Virus record (IMG/VR): IMGVR_UViG_3300037424_001593 | Location: 1-64,000 of that record | Source: a virus | Taxonomy: Duplodnaviria; Caudoviricetes | Strand: one strand, 5' to 3' | DNA length: 64,000 nucleotides | In this document: positions 9,298-18,013 of the stretch, one piece after another | How positions within the stretch are numbered: position 1 is the stretch's first letter | Layout of the letters: every line of letters begins with the position of its first letter | Translations under genes and position numbers: made by a program | The notes under the pieces: model-generated | Database searches by the model: none | The model's input: only the letters and a program-made list of their open reading frames with translations | Told to the model about the DNA's origin: nothing

Positions 9298-9920
9298 CTC
9301 CGAACCTGTGTGGAATACCAGTTGCTTGTGGAAGTGATTGCAGGCTGTGTTTTTTGGACCTGCGCGTAGACGTCTGGGACAGCATTACGCGCGAGGACGC
9401 CCGTCTCTACAGCGCCGCCACCTGCGCTTGTCGAAATCGCCACCGTGGTGCGTACAGGTACCTGCGTGCGTAGCTGCGCAGCTGTTGCTGTGATACCACC
9501 AAACCGTTCTACAAGCGCCTGATCGAACCACGAGAAGCGCGCTGCGGGGAGCGGCGAGCGCCAAGGTGTGTACGCGCCGTACGTGCGTCCCGCAGCTGAA
9601 GCAACCGCGCCCGTCCAATGATCGTACGGCGCCCATGTATTGCTGAACGGCGCGCGCGAAATAGTCACAGGCACAGGCACATTTGCAGTACCTGCGAGCG
9701 CGAGATTAGAGTACACGCGCCGCAGTAGCCCGTTTTTCAGCACGTTCGACGCGCTGTTGAACGCGCCGATAAGCGCGCGCAACCGCGTCTTGAACGCGGT
9801 GTTTTCGTTCACGGCTGTGGCGTGCGCCGACACAGTCGCCCACAAGCTCGCAAGCGCACTACGCGCTGTCCGCGCCGCGGAGAGTATGTAGAAGACGTCC
9901 TGTGTCGCGAGCTCAGACAT
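9294..9920 (-). CDS. Hypothetical virion protein
   Basis: Continuous operon, RBS; no recognised domain. Confidence 0.65.
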   Translation of the reverse strand: MSELATQDVFYILSAARTARSALASLWATVSAHATAVNENTAFKTRLRALIGAFNSASNVLKNGLLRRVYSNLALAGTANVPVPVTISRAPFSNTWAPYDHWTGAVASAAGRTYGAYTPWRSPLPAARFSWFDQALVERFGGITATAAQLRTQVPVRTTVAISTSAGGGAVETGVLARNAVPDVYAQVQKTQPAITSTSNWYSTQVRR

Positions 9921-10979
9921 TTAGACCTCAAGCATGTAGCGCGAGGGAACCTTGTCCCGGAGCGAACGCAGAGGCGTCGGCGAGCCGACACCGCGGCGCA
10001 CCTTGCGTCGCTTTTTCGACGCAGGTAGACCACGCATCGCAGGCGAGCTCGAGCCGCGCTTCCACTGCCAGAACTTATAGCCAGCGTAGATGAACACGGT
10101 GCTCACGACCGCGACGCCGATCCACCCGAACACGCCAAGCCCTGTGTCAGGCTGCGGAAGCTGGTTGAAGAACTCGGTGAGCGCGGCGCGCGGAACGACC
10201 TGCGCAGCGAGCGCCGAGCACTGCTCTGCGGTCGCACCTTCTTGCTGCATGCATGTGGCGAACGCCTGCTCTCGGTTACCGAGAAACTCTTCGACCGCAG
10301 ACGTCTGCGCCCACGTAAGGAAGAAGCGCTCGAGCGCAGGCACCCACACGCTGGTCAAGTACATCACGATGCCGACGGCTGCGAGCGCCGCGATCACCGC
10401 GAGTGCGATAGGGATGACCGCGGGGTTACCGAGCCCCTGCAGCGCTTGTGCGGGCGTACCCATCTCGAGCTTCGGGAGCCAGCCCGGGTAGGGGATGCGC
10501 GCCATCACCTGGTCGCCGATCGTGCGCCCGACCTTGTCGTAGAGTTGCACGCGGAGCGTCTGCAGGTAGACGACCTGCGTCTCGTGCACCGCGTGGCGGT
10601 ACGCGTCGTAGCGCGCGTACGCCTCTGCGTTCATGAGTCCTTGACCGTGCTGCCATGCGAAGCGCATGTACACGCTGAGCGCGCGCTGCTCGAGCTGGTT
10701 GAGCTGATTCCACGCGCTCTGAAAATCCGTCATCGGCGTGTAGTCGGTGAGGAACTCGGGCAAGAGCGCAGCGCGTAGACGCGCACGCACGCTCGCAGCC
10801 TGCACCACAGCCGCCTGCGCCGCTTCACCGCCCGTCGAAGCGCTGTCGCCCGCCTCACCGAGACCGCGCACGCCGCGAGGTACCTGCGCGCTCGTAGCGC
10901 GCGCTTCGTCTGCGCGAATCGCAGCCTCGGCACCTGCAGGGGAACCGAAGCCTCGACCGAATGCGTTCTGATTGAACAT
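9921..10979 (-). CDS. Two-TM membrane protein with repeated GLG/GFG motifs and basic tail
   Basis: TM IPIALAVIAALAAVGIVMYL and GVFGWIGVAVVSTVFIYAGY; KKRRKVRR. Confidence 0.75.
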   Translation of the reverse strand: MFNQNAFGRGFGSPAGAEAAIRADEARATSAQVPRGVRGLGEAGDSASTGGEAAQAAVVQAASVRARLRAALLPEFLTDYTPMTDFQSAWNQLNQLEQRALSVYMRFAWQHGQGLMNAEAYARYDAYRHAVHETQVVYLQTLRVQLYDKVGRTIGDQVMARIPYPGWLPKLEMGTPAQALQGLGNPAVIPIALAVIAALAAVGIVMYLTSVWVPALERFFLTWAQTSAVEEFLGNREQAFATCMQQEGATAEQCSALAAQVVPRAALTEFFNQLPQPDTGLGVFGWIGVAVVSTVFIYAGYKFWQWKRGSSSPAMRGLPASKKRRKVRRGVGSPTPLRSLRDKVPSRYMLEV

Positions 10980-10985
10980 GCGCGC

Positions 10986-11783
10986 TTACCTCGAGAGCAG
11001 GTAGTAGATTTGGACGTTCGCGTTTGTGGGAACGACGTACGTGTACTTAGGATCCGCGGCAGCGTCCAAAGGATCGATGTCCGCGAGCCCGACACGAAGG
11101 CGGAGCTCCGCGTACTGCGCGACGTCAAAGGGCAACGTGAACTGCGGCACGATCTCCGCCGACGCGGGCTGTGTAGCTACGCAGAACGCGTTGAAGTTGA
11201 GCTGCGTCGCGTAGCAGTTGCGGTACGCAACCCACGGGGGCGCAACGCTTGTGTACGCATCGACGATCGGCTGATAGCCGCGCACGGTCGGATCGACGAC
11301 GCCGATCGGATACCAGTAGAGCGTGTCGAGCTCGCTGTCGAGCGACTGCTGTGTCGTTTGGGGGATCGGCAGCGTCACTTCCGGAATCACCGCAAGTACG
11401 CTCACGGCGTTTGCGACCACGCTTGTGCCGGGGAAGTAGCGAAAGAAGAACGTGATGAAGCGCGCGTCGCGGACATCAATGGACGTGAGCACATCGCCGC
11501 CGACACCTACGACGCCGCCGCCAGCGAAGCTGATCTCGGTGAGCGGGTTCGTGGGATTCTGCTCTGTTGCCGTGCTAACGAACGTCGCGCGACGGTAAAG
11601 TTGCGGACCATCCACCTGCTTTGGCACTTCGAACTGCGGGAAGTCGTTACCTGGGATAGGCCGCGTCTCACCATCATCGCTCTCGAAGCCGAGCACCTGC
11701 ACGGGTGCCCCGTCGTCGCGAAGGGAACGTGCTTGCGCTTGCTGCGCCGTACGACTCGAGATGAGCTTGCTGTTCTTGCTCAT
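10986..11783 (-). CDS. Putative minor capsid/vertex beta-sandwich protein
   Basis: Start ATG 11783 (RBS AGGAG); alternating hydrophobic beta-strand patterns; follows capsid-like genes. Confidence 0.5.
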   Translation of the reverse strand: MSKNSKLISSRTAQQAQARSLRDDGAPVQVLGFESDDGETRPIPGNDFPQFEVPKQVDGPQLYRRATFVSTATEQNPTNPLTEISFAGGGVVGVGGDVLTSIDVRDARFITFFFRYFPGTSVVANAVSVLAVIPEVTLPIPQTTQQSLDSELDTLYWYPIGVVDPTVRGYQPIVDAYTSVAPPWVAYRNCYATQLNFNAFCVATQPASAEIVPQFTLPFDVAQYAELRLRVGLADIDPLDAAADPKYTYVVPTNANVQIYYLLSR

Positions 11784-12109
11784 GCTGTGACTCCTGCGTA
11801 CCACTCAATCGCAAGGCCCATCACGACGGTGTTGCCTTCGCACGCAAGCGCGAGGACTTGGCCCGGCGCGAGCGGCACCTCGAGCGTTTGTCCGTTTGCG
11901 AGCGGCACGAAGTTGTAGCCCTTCGAAGAGAGCACGTCCGCATCCGCTGGATCGAGCACACCGAGCACCGCTGCGCCTTGAGGGATGATCGGCGTTACCA
12001 CGCGCACGCGATTGTCTGCGGGTGGGAGCCGCTCGAGCACGACCTGAAGCTCTTGCGTAAGCACGACACGCAAGAGGTCTGTTCGCAGAAACTTTCCGTG
12101 GCCGCACAT
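11780..12109 (-). CDS. Small beta-rich virion protein
   Basis: ATGA overlap with next gene; LEVPLAPGQVLALAC resembles the capsid-paralogue motif. Confidence 0.5.
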   Translation of the reverse strand: MCGHGKFLRTDLLRVVLTQELQVVLERLPPADNRVRVVTPIIPQGAAVLGVLDPADADVLSSKGYNFVPLANGQTLEVPLAPGQVLALACEGNTVVMGLAIEWYAGVTA

Positions 12110-12113
12110 GGAT

Positions 12114-13181
12114 TCACCGCACCATCAAGTAGCCGTGGATGCCGATCGCAATCTGCGTCGGCGTAAGGAGACTCGTATCGGTGAGCGTGCTCGCGTAACG
12201 CGAGCCTTGCGCGCGCAATGTCTCCCCAGGCTCGAGCGTGAGCCCATCGCCCGGGAACGTGTGCACGATCGCGTTGCCTGTTTGGGTACCGAAGAGCGAG
12301 CTCGGCATGCGCACGACCGGCGTTGGCAGCGAAGGCCCACGCATCCAGTTGTTACCTGTGCCGTTGCCGACCTGCTTCACCTGCAGTCGATAGAGCCGCG
12401 TGTCGTAGAGCGCGGCGCTTGTCGCCGCGTCTGCCACGCTCGCGCCGACCGTGTTACCTGGACCAACCTGCAACGCCATCTCGACAATAGCCACAGGCTC
12501 GCCGCCGATGTTTTGAAACTGCGACGGGTCCAGCAACTGCGTGAGCGGGCCATTTGTCGGGAAAGTCTGAAATGCGCCGAACTGATACGGCCGCCCAGAA
12601 CGCAACCCTACACCGGTTGCGGTCACCGTGACGCCCGTACCGCCGCTCACAGTGATCGGCTCGCTTTCGACGAGACCGATCATCACAGGCTGGGCGCCTA
12701 GGATCTGCTCGACCGTGACATGTAGCGTGTCGCGCGACGAGAGCACCAGCGGCTGGTGGAAACGACACGACGCAACGCTGTTGCCGACGCTGAGCGGTGG
12801 CGCCGTGTACGTGTTGCACCAGCCAGGAAGGCGGATGCGGTTCTCGTTCATATAGAACTCTTGGTAGCGCTCGAGCCGCAGATCGACGCCCTGCGCGGCC
12901 TCGTTGTACGTGTACCGCAACACCGCTACCGGATCGACTACACCAACCGTGAGCGGCGCGTACATCGGCGACGCGATCACATGCGTGAGACGTACGGGAA
13001 ACTTCTCTGCGTTCGAAAACGTCGCGCCGTCGCCGTTATACACGGGCGGCGTCGAAACGTCAGTGTCGAATGTCGAGAAATCGAGGAAGTCGTAGTAGAA
13101 GCGCGGCTCGATGAGCACGCCCTTACCGTGGTTCACCGCGGCGAACGCAACGAGCTCTGCAAACGTTTTGTGCTGCGACAT
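12114..13181 (-). CDS. Capsid-like protein with two internal repeats (putative tandem jelly-roll)
   Basis: FSNAEKFPVRLTHV / FQNIGGEPVAIVEM; QPLVLSSRDTLHV / GLTLEPGETLRA; C-terminal IAIGIHGY. Confidence 0.55.
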   Translation of the reverse strand: MSQHKTFAELVAFAAVNHGKGVLIEPRFYYDFLDFSTFDTDVSTPPVYNGDGATFSNAEKFPVRLTHVIASPMYAPLTVGVVDPVAVLRYTYNEAAQGVDLRLERYQEFYMNENRIRLPGWCNTYTAPPLSVGNSVASCRFHQPLVLSSRDTLHVTVEQILGAQPVMIGLVESEPITVSGGTGVTVTATGVGLRSGRPYQFGAFQTFPTNGPLTQLLDPSQFQNIGGEPVAIVEMALQVGPGNTVGASVADAATSAALYDTRLYRLQVKQVGNGTGNNWMRGPSLPTPVVRMPSSLFGTQTGNAIVHTFPGDGLTLEPGETLRAQGSRYASTLTDTSLLTPTQIAIGIHGYLMVR

Positions 13182-13184
13182 GGA

Positions 13185-14375
13185 TCAGGCCTCGACAGCG
13201 GCGTAACCGCAGAAGGAGATGTAGAAAAACGTATTGAGGTCGTCGTCTTCGCCTATGCCGAGCGGAGCGTTGAGGACACCTTGCTGGAGTTGCACGTCAA
13301 ACGCTTCACCGGGCGCAAGCGTAAGCGGTCGCGAAAGACGTGACGCAAACGCCGGTGTCATTGTCGGGCTGACGATCGAAAGCGGTGCGCCGTCTCGCCA
13401 CCAGTAGGCCTGCGTGCCCGCGTTGCGCGTGCGCACCTTGACGGGCGTGGTCATCGAGAGCGGCCCCGCAGTAGCGCGCGACGTCTCGTCGATCGAACGC
13501 TCATCGAACGTGATTGCGAGACCACCCAGGTTAGTCGGCACGTTGTAACTTGCCTTCTGCCTCAACATCTCGCGCGGCGAAAGCTGCTGTCCAGGCGGAT
13601 AATTTTGCGCTTCCGCGCCGCCCGTGTATCCAGCGTAGAACGTGATTGTGGGCGGCAACTCACCGCCTGAGGTGAGAAACTGCGTGAGCGCGTCTGCATA
13701 CGGCTGATAGCGCTGCGTTGCCGCTGCCACAGAGAGTTGTGCGATGCTCACTGCCTGCCGTGTGTACGTCATCTGCGGCCAGTTCGCAGGCGTCCCGGGT
13801 GCAGTCGGTGTGTACAAGTTGATGTCTGCCGTCGGCGTGGCTGCCGTCGTATCGACAAGCGTTGGTACGCGCGCGCCGAGCTGAATCTCGAGCATTGCAT
13901 CCGCAGGAAGCACAGGCGGAAGCTCGAAGTCCCAGGCACAGCGATTCACCGTCGGGCGATACCACGTCGGGTTTGCTGTAAGAAGCATCGGATTGGTTGC
14001 AAACGATGCCGGATCGAGAGGCTCCGCTGCCGGAACAGGCTCGAGCAACATCGGCGCGTAGTGCTTGCTGTAGCGCGGCCCTCCGGCAGTTGCGATGGAG
14101 AGCCCGATACTCGCGCCTGCACGCTGCACGGTCGTCGTGAGCCCACCTTCGGTCACCCACTGCATGATTACGTGGGTGAAGATGATGGGATACTTTTCGC
14201 CGTTGTAGAGCGTGTTGGGATCAATCGGCGTAGACACGCTATACAGGTTCGAGCTTGTCCGCGACAACGTCGCTGACCACAACGCGCGCGGCTCGTAGTA
14301 AAACCCCGGCTGCGGCTTGAGGAGCTCGTTCGCGGGCAGGGCGAGCAGGTTTTGCTGTCGTGCGTTGAGCTTCAT
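13185..14375 (-). CDS. Capsid-like protein with two internal repeats (paralogue of 12114-13181)
   Basis: LYNGEKYPIIFTHVI; FELPPVLPADAMLEIQL / RPLTLAPGEAFDVQL; C-terminal FYISFCGY. Confidence 0.55.
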   Translation of the reverse strand: MKLNARQQNLLALPANELLKPQPGFYYEPRALWSATLSRTSSNLYSVSTPIDPNTLYNGEKYPIIFTHVIMQWVTEGGLTTTVQRAGASIGLSIATAGGPRYSKHYAPMLLEPVPAAEPLDPASFATNPMLLTANPTWYRPTVNRCAWDFELPPVLPADAMLEIQLGARVPTLVDTTAATPTADINLYTPTAPGTPANWPQMTYTRQAVSIAQLSVAAATQRYQPYADALTQFLTSGGELPPTITFYAGYTGGAEAQNYPPGQQLSPREMLRQKASYNVPTNLGGLAITFDERSIDETSRATAGPLSMTTPVKVRTRNAGTQAYWWRDGAPLSIVSPTMTPAFASRLSRPLTLAPGEAFDVQLQQGVLNAPLGIGEDDDLNTFFYISFCGYAAVEA

Positions 14376-14400
14376 CTCGGAACCTTACCGTAGAGCGGAG

Positions 14401-14440
14401 AAACAAGAAACCCCTCGAACACCGCATGCTCGAGGGGCTT
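14401..14440 (-). terminator. Rho-independent terminator after the three short capsid paralogues
   Basis: CCCCTCGAGCA-TGCGG-TGTTCGAGGGG + TTTCTTGTTT on minus strand. Confidence 0.75.
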
Positions 14441-14477
14441 CATCGGTGCTCGAGCCGAGCTCGACCTCACGAAGAGA

Positions 14478-15158
14478 TCAGGCCACCGGACGACGCTTCA
14501 TGCCGTCGAGCCACCAGCGAAGACGGATCGCCTGATTCAGGTCGATCATCGTGTTGTACGTCTTGCACTGCAGGTAGAGGTTGCGGTCACTCTCGATGTA
14601 GATCGGGAGATTCAGCATCCACTGGTTGTTCGCACTGACGCGACCACCTGTGCCGACGTCGTACGCTGAGGCGCTGTCGACGACCTCCGCATACGAGGTG
14701 CCGTGGACCACGACGCCGACCGACTGCGGGATCCCGCTGAAGGGCTGGCGAAGCTGGGGCTTGCTCTGGTTCGCGCCCACGTAGAGCTCGACGACGACGT
14801 CGCGCTCGAGCACGAGCAGATTGTGCCGCGAGACCATCGGGATGTCGGCGGGGGAGCCGATGTCCGCAGCCTGCTCCGGCGCGGCGGTGAGGCCGAACGC
14901 TTCGTAGGTGACGCCGTACACGACGAAGGCTTCGTCGTAGTTCGTGCGTGCCTTCGTGAGCCAGTTCGTATCGTTGTCCGTCGAGTTGCGGGGCGCGAGA
15001 CCCTGCGACGAGACCGGATTACCCGACACGTACTGGAATGCACGGAGGTTGAGCTTGACGCCCGCCGCGAACTCCATGACGGAGTACTGGGGGTAGTGCA
15101 GCCACTCGTCGAGCTGGATGGTGCTGCCGTCGTAGAGTCGAAGATCGCGGATTGCCAT
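14478..15158 (-). CDS. Putative major capsid protein paralogue 3 (single jelly-roll-like)
   Basis: LRLYDG..EW..QYS..AFQY..RNSTDNDTN..EAFVVYGV..LNLPIYI..LRWWLDGMKRRPVA. Confidence 0.65.
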   Translation of the reverse strand: MAIRDLRLYDGSTIQLDEWLHYPQYSVMEFAAGVKLNLRAFQYVSGNPVSSQGLAPRNSTDNDTNWLTKARTNYDEAFVVYGVTYEAFGLTAAPEQAADIGSPADIPMVSRHNLLVLERDVVVELYVGANQSKPQLRQPFSGIPQSVGVVVHGTSYAEVVDSASAYDVGTGGRVSANNQWMLNLPIYIESDRNLYLQCKTYNTMIDLNQAIRLRWWLDGMKRRPVA

Positions 15159-15176
15159 GGTGGTGTCTTCCTCGAA

Positions 15177-15896
15177 TCAGGCGACGGGGCGCTTGTGATC
15201 GCCGAGAAGGTGGATGCGCAAGCGAATGCGCGCGTCTGCCGCAGAAGAGCCAGTGAAGGCCAGCGCGGAGGGCGAATCGATCGCACCGGTCGGCGCGATG
15301 AAGCGCGCCCGGAACGTCTCACCACCCTGGATGAAGAGGGGCGACGCGAGCTGCCGCACGCCCTTGATGCTCGTCGAGCCGTTGTTGCCGACGATGTAGC
15401 CTGCCGCGCCGGAGAATCCGACACCGCCCGCCGTGCCGCTCTCCGCGCCCGAACCGGCTGCGAAAAACGAGACCGGAACGCGGAGGTATTCCTTCACGCC
15501 CGCGATGAGGAAGCTCATGATGAGCGAGTCCTGAATGCGGAGCATGTTGCGCAGACCGACATCGGGGAAGATCTCGTTGTCCGCACTCGTCATGAGCGGC
15601 GCCTCGCTCGGCGTGCCCACATTGATGCTGTAGAACTCGATGCGGATCGCTCGGATGAGCATCGCTTCGTTTTCCGGCAGCTGTCCACCCTGACCCTGCA
15701 GGTTGGTGTCGGCGTACGTCGCGTTGCGCTGCGCCGCGCCCGGGATGGCCTGGTTCAGGCCGTAGGAGAAGGCGTCGAGCGTCGTGAACGAGCCCGTGCC
15801 GAGCTCCACGGTCGAGTAGAGACCCTCCGCCGTGGTCCAGTCGGCCGGCGTCATCACGCGGCCATCTGGATATCGAATCTTGAGTAGCTGACCCAT
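15177..15896 (-). CDS. Putative major capsid protein paralogue 2 (single jelly-roll-like)
   Basis: Start ATG 15896; IRYPDG..DW..LYST..AFSY..RNATYADTN..EAMLIRAI..LASPLFI..LRIHLLGDHKRPVA. Confidence 0.65.
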   Translation of the reverse strand: MGQLLKIRYPDGRVMTPADWTTAEGLYSTVELGTGSFTTLDAFSYGLNQAIPGAAQRNATYADTNLQGQGGQLPENEAMLIRAIRIEFYSINVGTPSEAPLMTSADNEIFPDVGLRNMLRIQDSLIMSFLIAGVKEYLRVPVSFFAAGSGAESGTAGGVGFSGAAGYIVGNNGSTSIKGVRQLASPLFIQGGETFRARFIAPTGAIDSPSALAFTGSSAADARIRLRIHLLGDHKRPVA

Positions 15897-15918
15897 GGTT
15901 CGCTTCTTCCCTTCCCGA

Positions 15919-16662
15919 TCAGCTGACGGGCTTCTTGTAGAGGCCTTCGAGGCACACACGCACTCGATAGAGGCGCTGCGCGTTCGCGGCCGGAGAACCC
16001 ACAGCGTTTGCGGTGAGACCGATGTTCAGGGCCTCGCTCGTGGGATTACGGACCTGGATTTCGAACTTCTCCTGGCCGCCGATGTGGATCGGGACCGTGA
16101 GACAGCGCGAAGCCTCCGCCGAAGGGATGCCGCTCGCGCCCGTCGGGATCGCCGACTGCGCTGCGACCGTACCGGCTGCGCCGGCCTGAGAGAACACACC
16201 GAAGCCGGTCGGCCAGTAGGCGAACGGTGCACGGTGCTTGAGCTTCTGGCTGATCAGGATCTCGAACACGGTGGAGCGGAACAGACGTCCGAGCTGCCAC
16301 GGTGAGGGGAGCGGATCGAAGGCCAGCGTCTCGACAGCGGTCGTCGCGTTGCCGGCCGAGCTCATCACGAGCGCTGCGAACTCGGGCTTGACGGAGTAGA
16401 TCAGGAACTCCTCCGTCGAGCTGAGGCCGTTCGGCGTCGAGATGTTCGTGTCGGCTTCGGTCGCCGTGCGCTTCGTCGTGATGTTCTGGGTCGAAGAGAC
16501 CTGATCGCTCACGACGTAGTTGAAGAGTGGGATGATCTCGTCCGTCGCGCCATTCATGATGTCGCAGGTCGAGTACAGCGGCTGGTCGGTCCAGTCCACG
16601 AACGCGACTTGCTGGCCGTCAGGAAGGCGGAGCGTCGTGATCTGGTTGATGGGTGAGAACAT
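15919..16662 (-). CDS. Putative major capsid protein paralogue 1 (single jelly-roll-like)
   Basis: LRLPDG..DW..LYST..LFNY..RTATEADTN..EEFLIYSV..LTVPIHI..VRVCLEGLYKKPVS. Confidence 0.65.
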   Translation of the reverse strand: MFSPINQITTLRLPDGQQVAFVDWTDQPLYSTCDIMNGATDEIIPLFNYVVSDQVSSTQNITTKRTATEADTNISTPNGLSSTEEFLIYSVKPEFAALVMSSAGNATTAVETLAFDPLPSPWQLGRLFRSTVFEILISQKLKHRAPFAYWPTGFGVFSQAGAAGTVAAQSAIPTGASGIPSAEASRCLTVPIHIGGQEKFEIQVRNPTSEALNIGLTANAVGSPAANAQRLYRVRVCLEGLYKKPVS

Positions 16663-16682
16663 GGTGTGCGTTCGCCTTTCGA

Positions 16683-17309
16683 TCAGACGCGGAAGCCCGG
16701 CGTACCGAAAGCCTTCATGTTGAGCCCAGCGTCACCGAGACCCTGGAGCTGGATGTTGGTCCCGTAGTCCCCGCTGAGACCGCGCATGCCCGCGATGGAA
16801 TCAGGGCGGTGACCCTGCGGCCAGTTCTCGAGCACCGTGGCACCGAGGCCGTTCATCTGCGGCATGACCATCCCCATGCCGGACGCGCTGCCGTACTCAG
16901 GGACGATCGCGCCGAAGCCCGCCGTGCCCGTCGCAGCCGGGGCGATGGCGAGCGTGCCCTCGCGGACGTACGCGCCAGCACCTGCGAGCAGGGCCGTGGT
17001 CGTCGCAGCGATGGCTGCGCGGTGACCCTGCTTGAGGCCGTACGCCATGCTCGCACCGAGGAGCGCGCCCGCGGCCATGCCGATCGCGGGGGCGTGTCGG
17101 TTGAGCATCGCGCCGGTCTGCGTGCCGGGCGAGAGCTTGGGCACGACGAAGCGGCGCACGAGCCAGATGGCTCCTACGGCCGTTCCACCGCCGACGAGGA
17201 TCGGAAGCGCCGTGCCCACGACCGTGTTGGAGTCGAAGAGGCCGTTGACGCCCCGACGAACCTCGATGATGTTTCCGAATCCGCGCCGTGAGCGCTTACG
17301 CTTTGCCAT
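16683..17309 (-). CDS. Three-TM virion membrane protein with basic N-terminus and six G[LFM]G/S motifs
   Basis: MAKRKRSRRGFG; hydrophobic segments; AGFG, SGMG, NGLG, RGLS, QGLG. Confidence 0.75.
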   Translation of the reverse strand: MAKRKRSRRGFGNIIEVRRGVNGLFDSNTVVGTALPILVGGGTAVGAIWLVRRFVVPKLSPGTQTGAMLNRHAPAIGMAAGALLGASMAYGLKQGHRAAIAATTTALLAGAGAYVREGTLAIAPAATGTAGFGAIVPEYGSASGMGMVMPQMNGLGATVLENWPQGHRPDSIAGMRGLSGDYGTNIQLQGLGDAGLNMKAFGTPGFRV

Positions 17310-17328
17310 GGTGTGGTGGTTCCTTTTT

Positions 17329-17340
17329 TCTTATACCCCG
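17329..17340 (-). promoter_or_regulatory. Putative late promoter CGGGGTATAAGA
   Basis: Exact motif repeated at 19453 and 23610, one mismatch at 26624; upstream of virion genes. Confidence 0.7.
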
Positions 17341-17372
17341 AAGGTGTTTGAAGACCTTTGCGAGGCGAGGGA

Positions 17373-17645
17373 TCAGCGCTTGCGAGCCTTCTTCGCCGTC
17401 TTCTTGGCGCCGAAGAGCTTGATGGCATTGCGCTGGCCCTTCTTCGTCGAGAAGCAGCGCTTCTTGCCGCTCTTGAACTTCACGCAGTACTTCTTCGCGG
17501 CCTTGGTCGCCTTGCGCGCCTTCTTGGCGGGCTTGCGCTTCGTGCGCTTGCGACGACCCGCGAGACCCGCGAGAGAGTTGATGGAACGCCCCGCGGGGTC
17601 ACCCGAAGCGCGCACTGCGGTGCATCCACAATCTGCCATGATCAT
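17373..17645 (-). CDS. Lys/Arg-rich histone-H1/protamine-like core protein
   Basis: RRKRTKRKPAKKARKATKAAKK...KKTAKKARKR. Confidence 0.75.
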   Translation of the reverse strand: MIMADCGCTAVRASGDPAGRSINSLAGLAGRRKRTKRKPAKKARKATKAAKKYCVKFKSGKKRCFSTKKGQRNAIKLFGAKKTAKKARKR

Positions 17646-18013
17646 CCTCGTTTCCACACGAAGTATGCGCCTACCCCGATCAAGGCAACCGTGCCGAGAG
17701 CGAGGAGCACAACGTTCTTTGTCTGTTGGCTCTGCAGGTGCGCGTATCGCGCCCAGAGATCTGCGTAACTGCGCTGCGCGCCAACGAGCTCCGAAGCAAC
17801 GAACCCTGGGTCGTTCTCGAAGTTGTCCACACGCGTGCCGAAGAGCTCGATGTCCTCGAGCAAGCGCGACACCTCGGGCGAGCTCGAGCGTGATGCGAGC
17901 TCCTGCGCGAGCAGGTGCAGTCGCGTCGTCTCGCTTGAGAGCGCGCTGATGTCGTTCGCGAGATCATCCGCCGCAGAGCCGAAGCCTCGCCCAGGGAAGT
18001 ACGGAACGATCAT
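17642..18013 (-). CDS. C-terminally anchored helical membrane protein
   Basis: Start ATG 18013 (ATGA overlap); MIVPYFPGRGFGSAADD...VVLLALGTVALIGVGAYFVWKRG. Confidence 0.75.
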   Translation of the reverse strand: MIVPYFPGRGFGSAADDLANDISALSSETTRLHLLAQELASRSSSPEVSRLLEDIELFGTRVDNFENDPGFVASELVGAQRSYADLWARYAHLQSQQTKNVVLLALGTVALIGVGAYFVWKRG

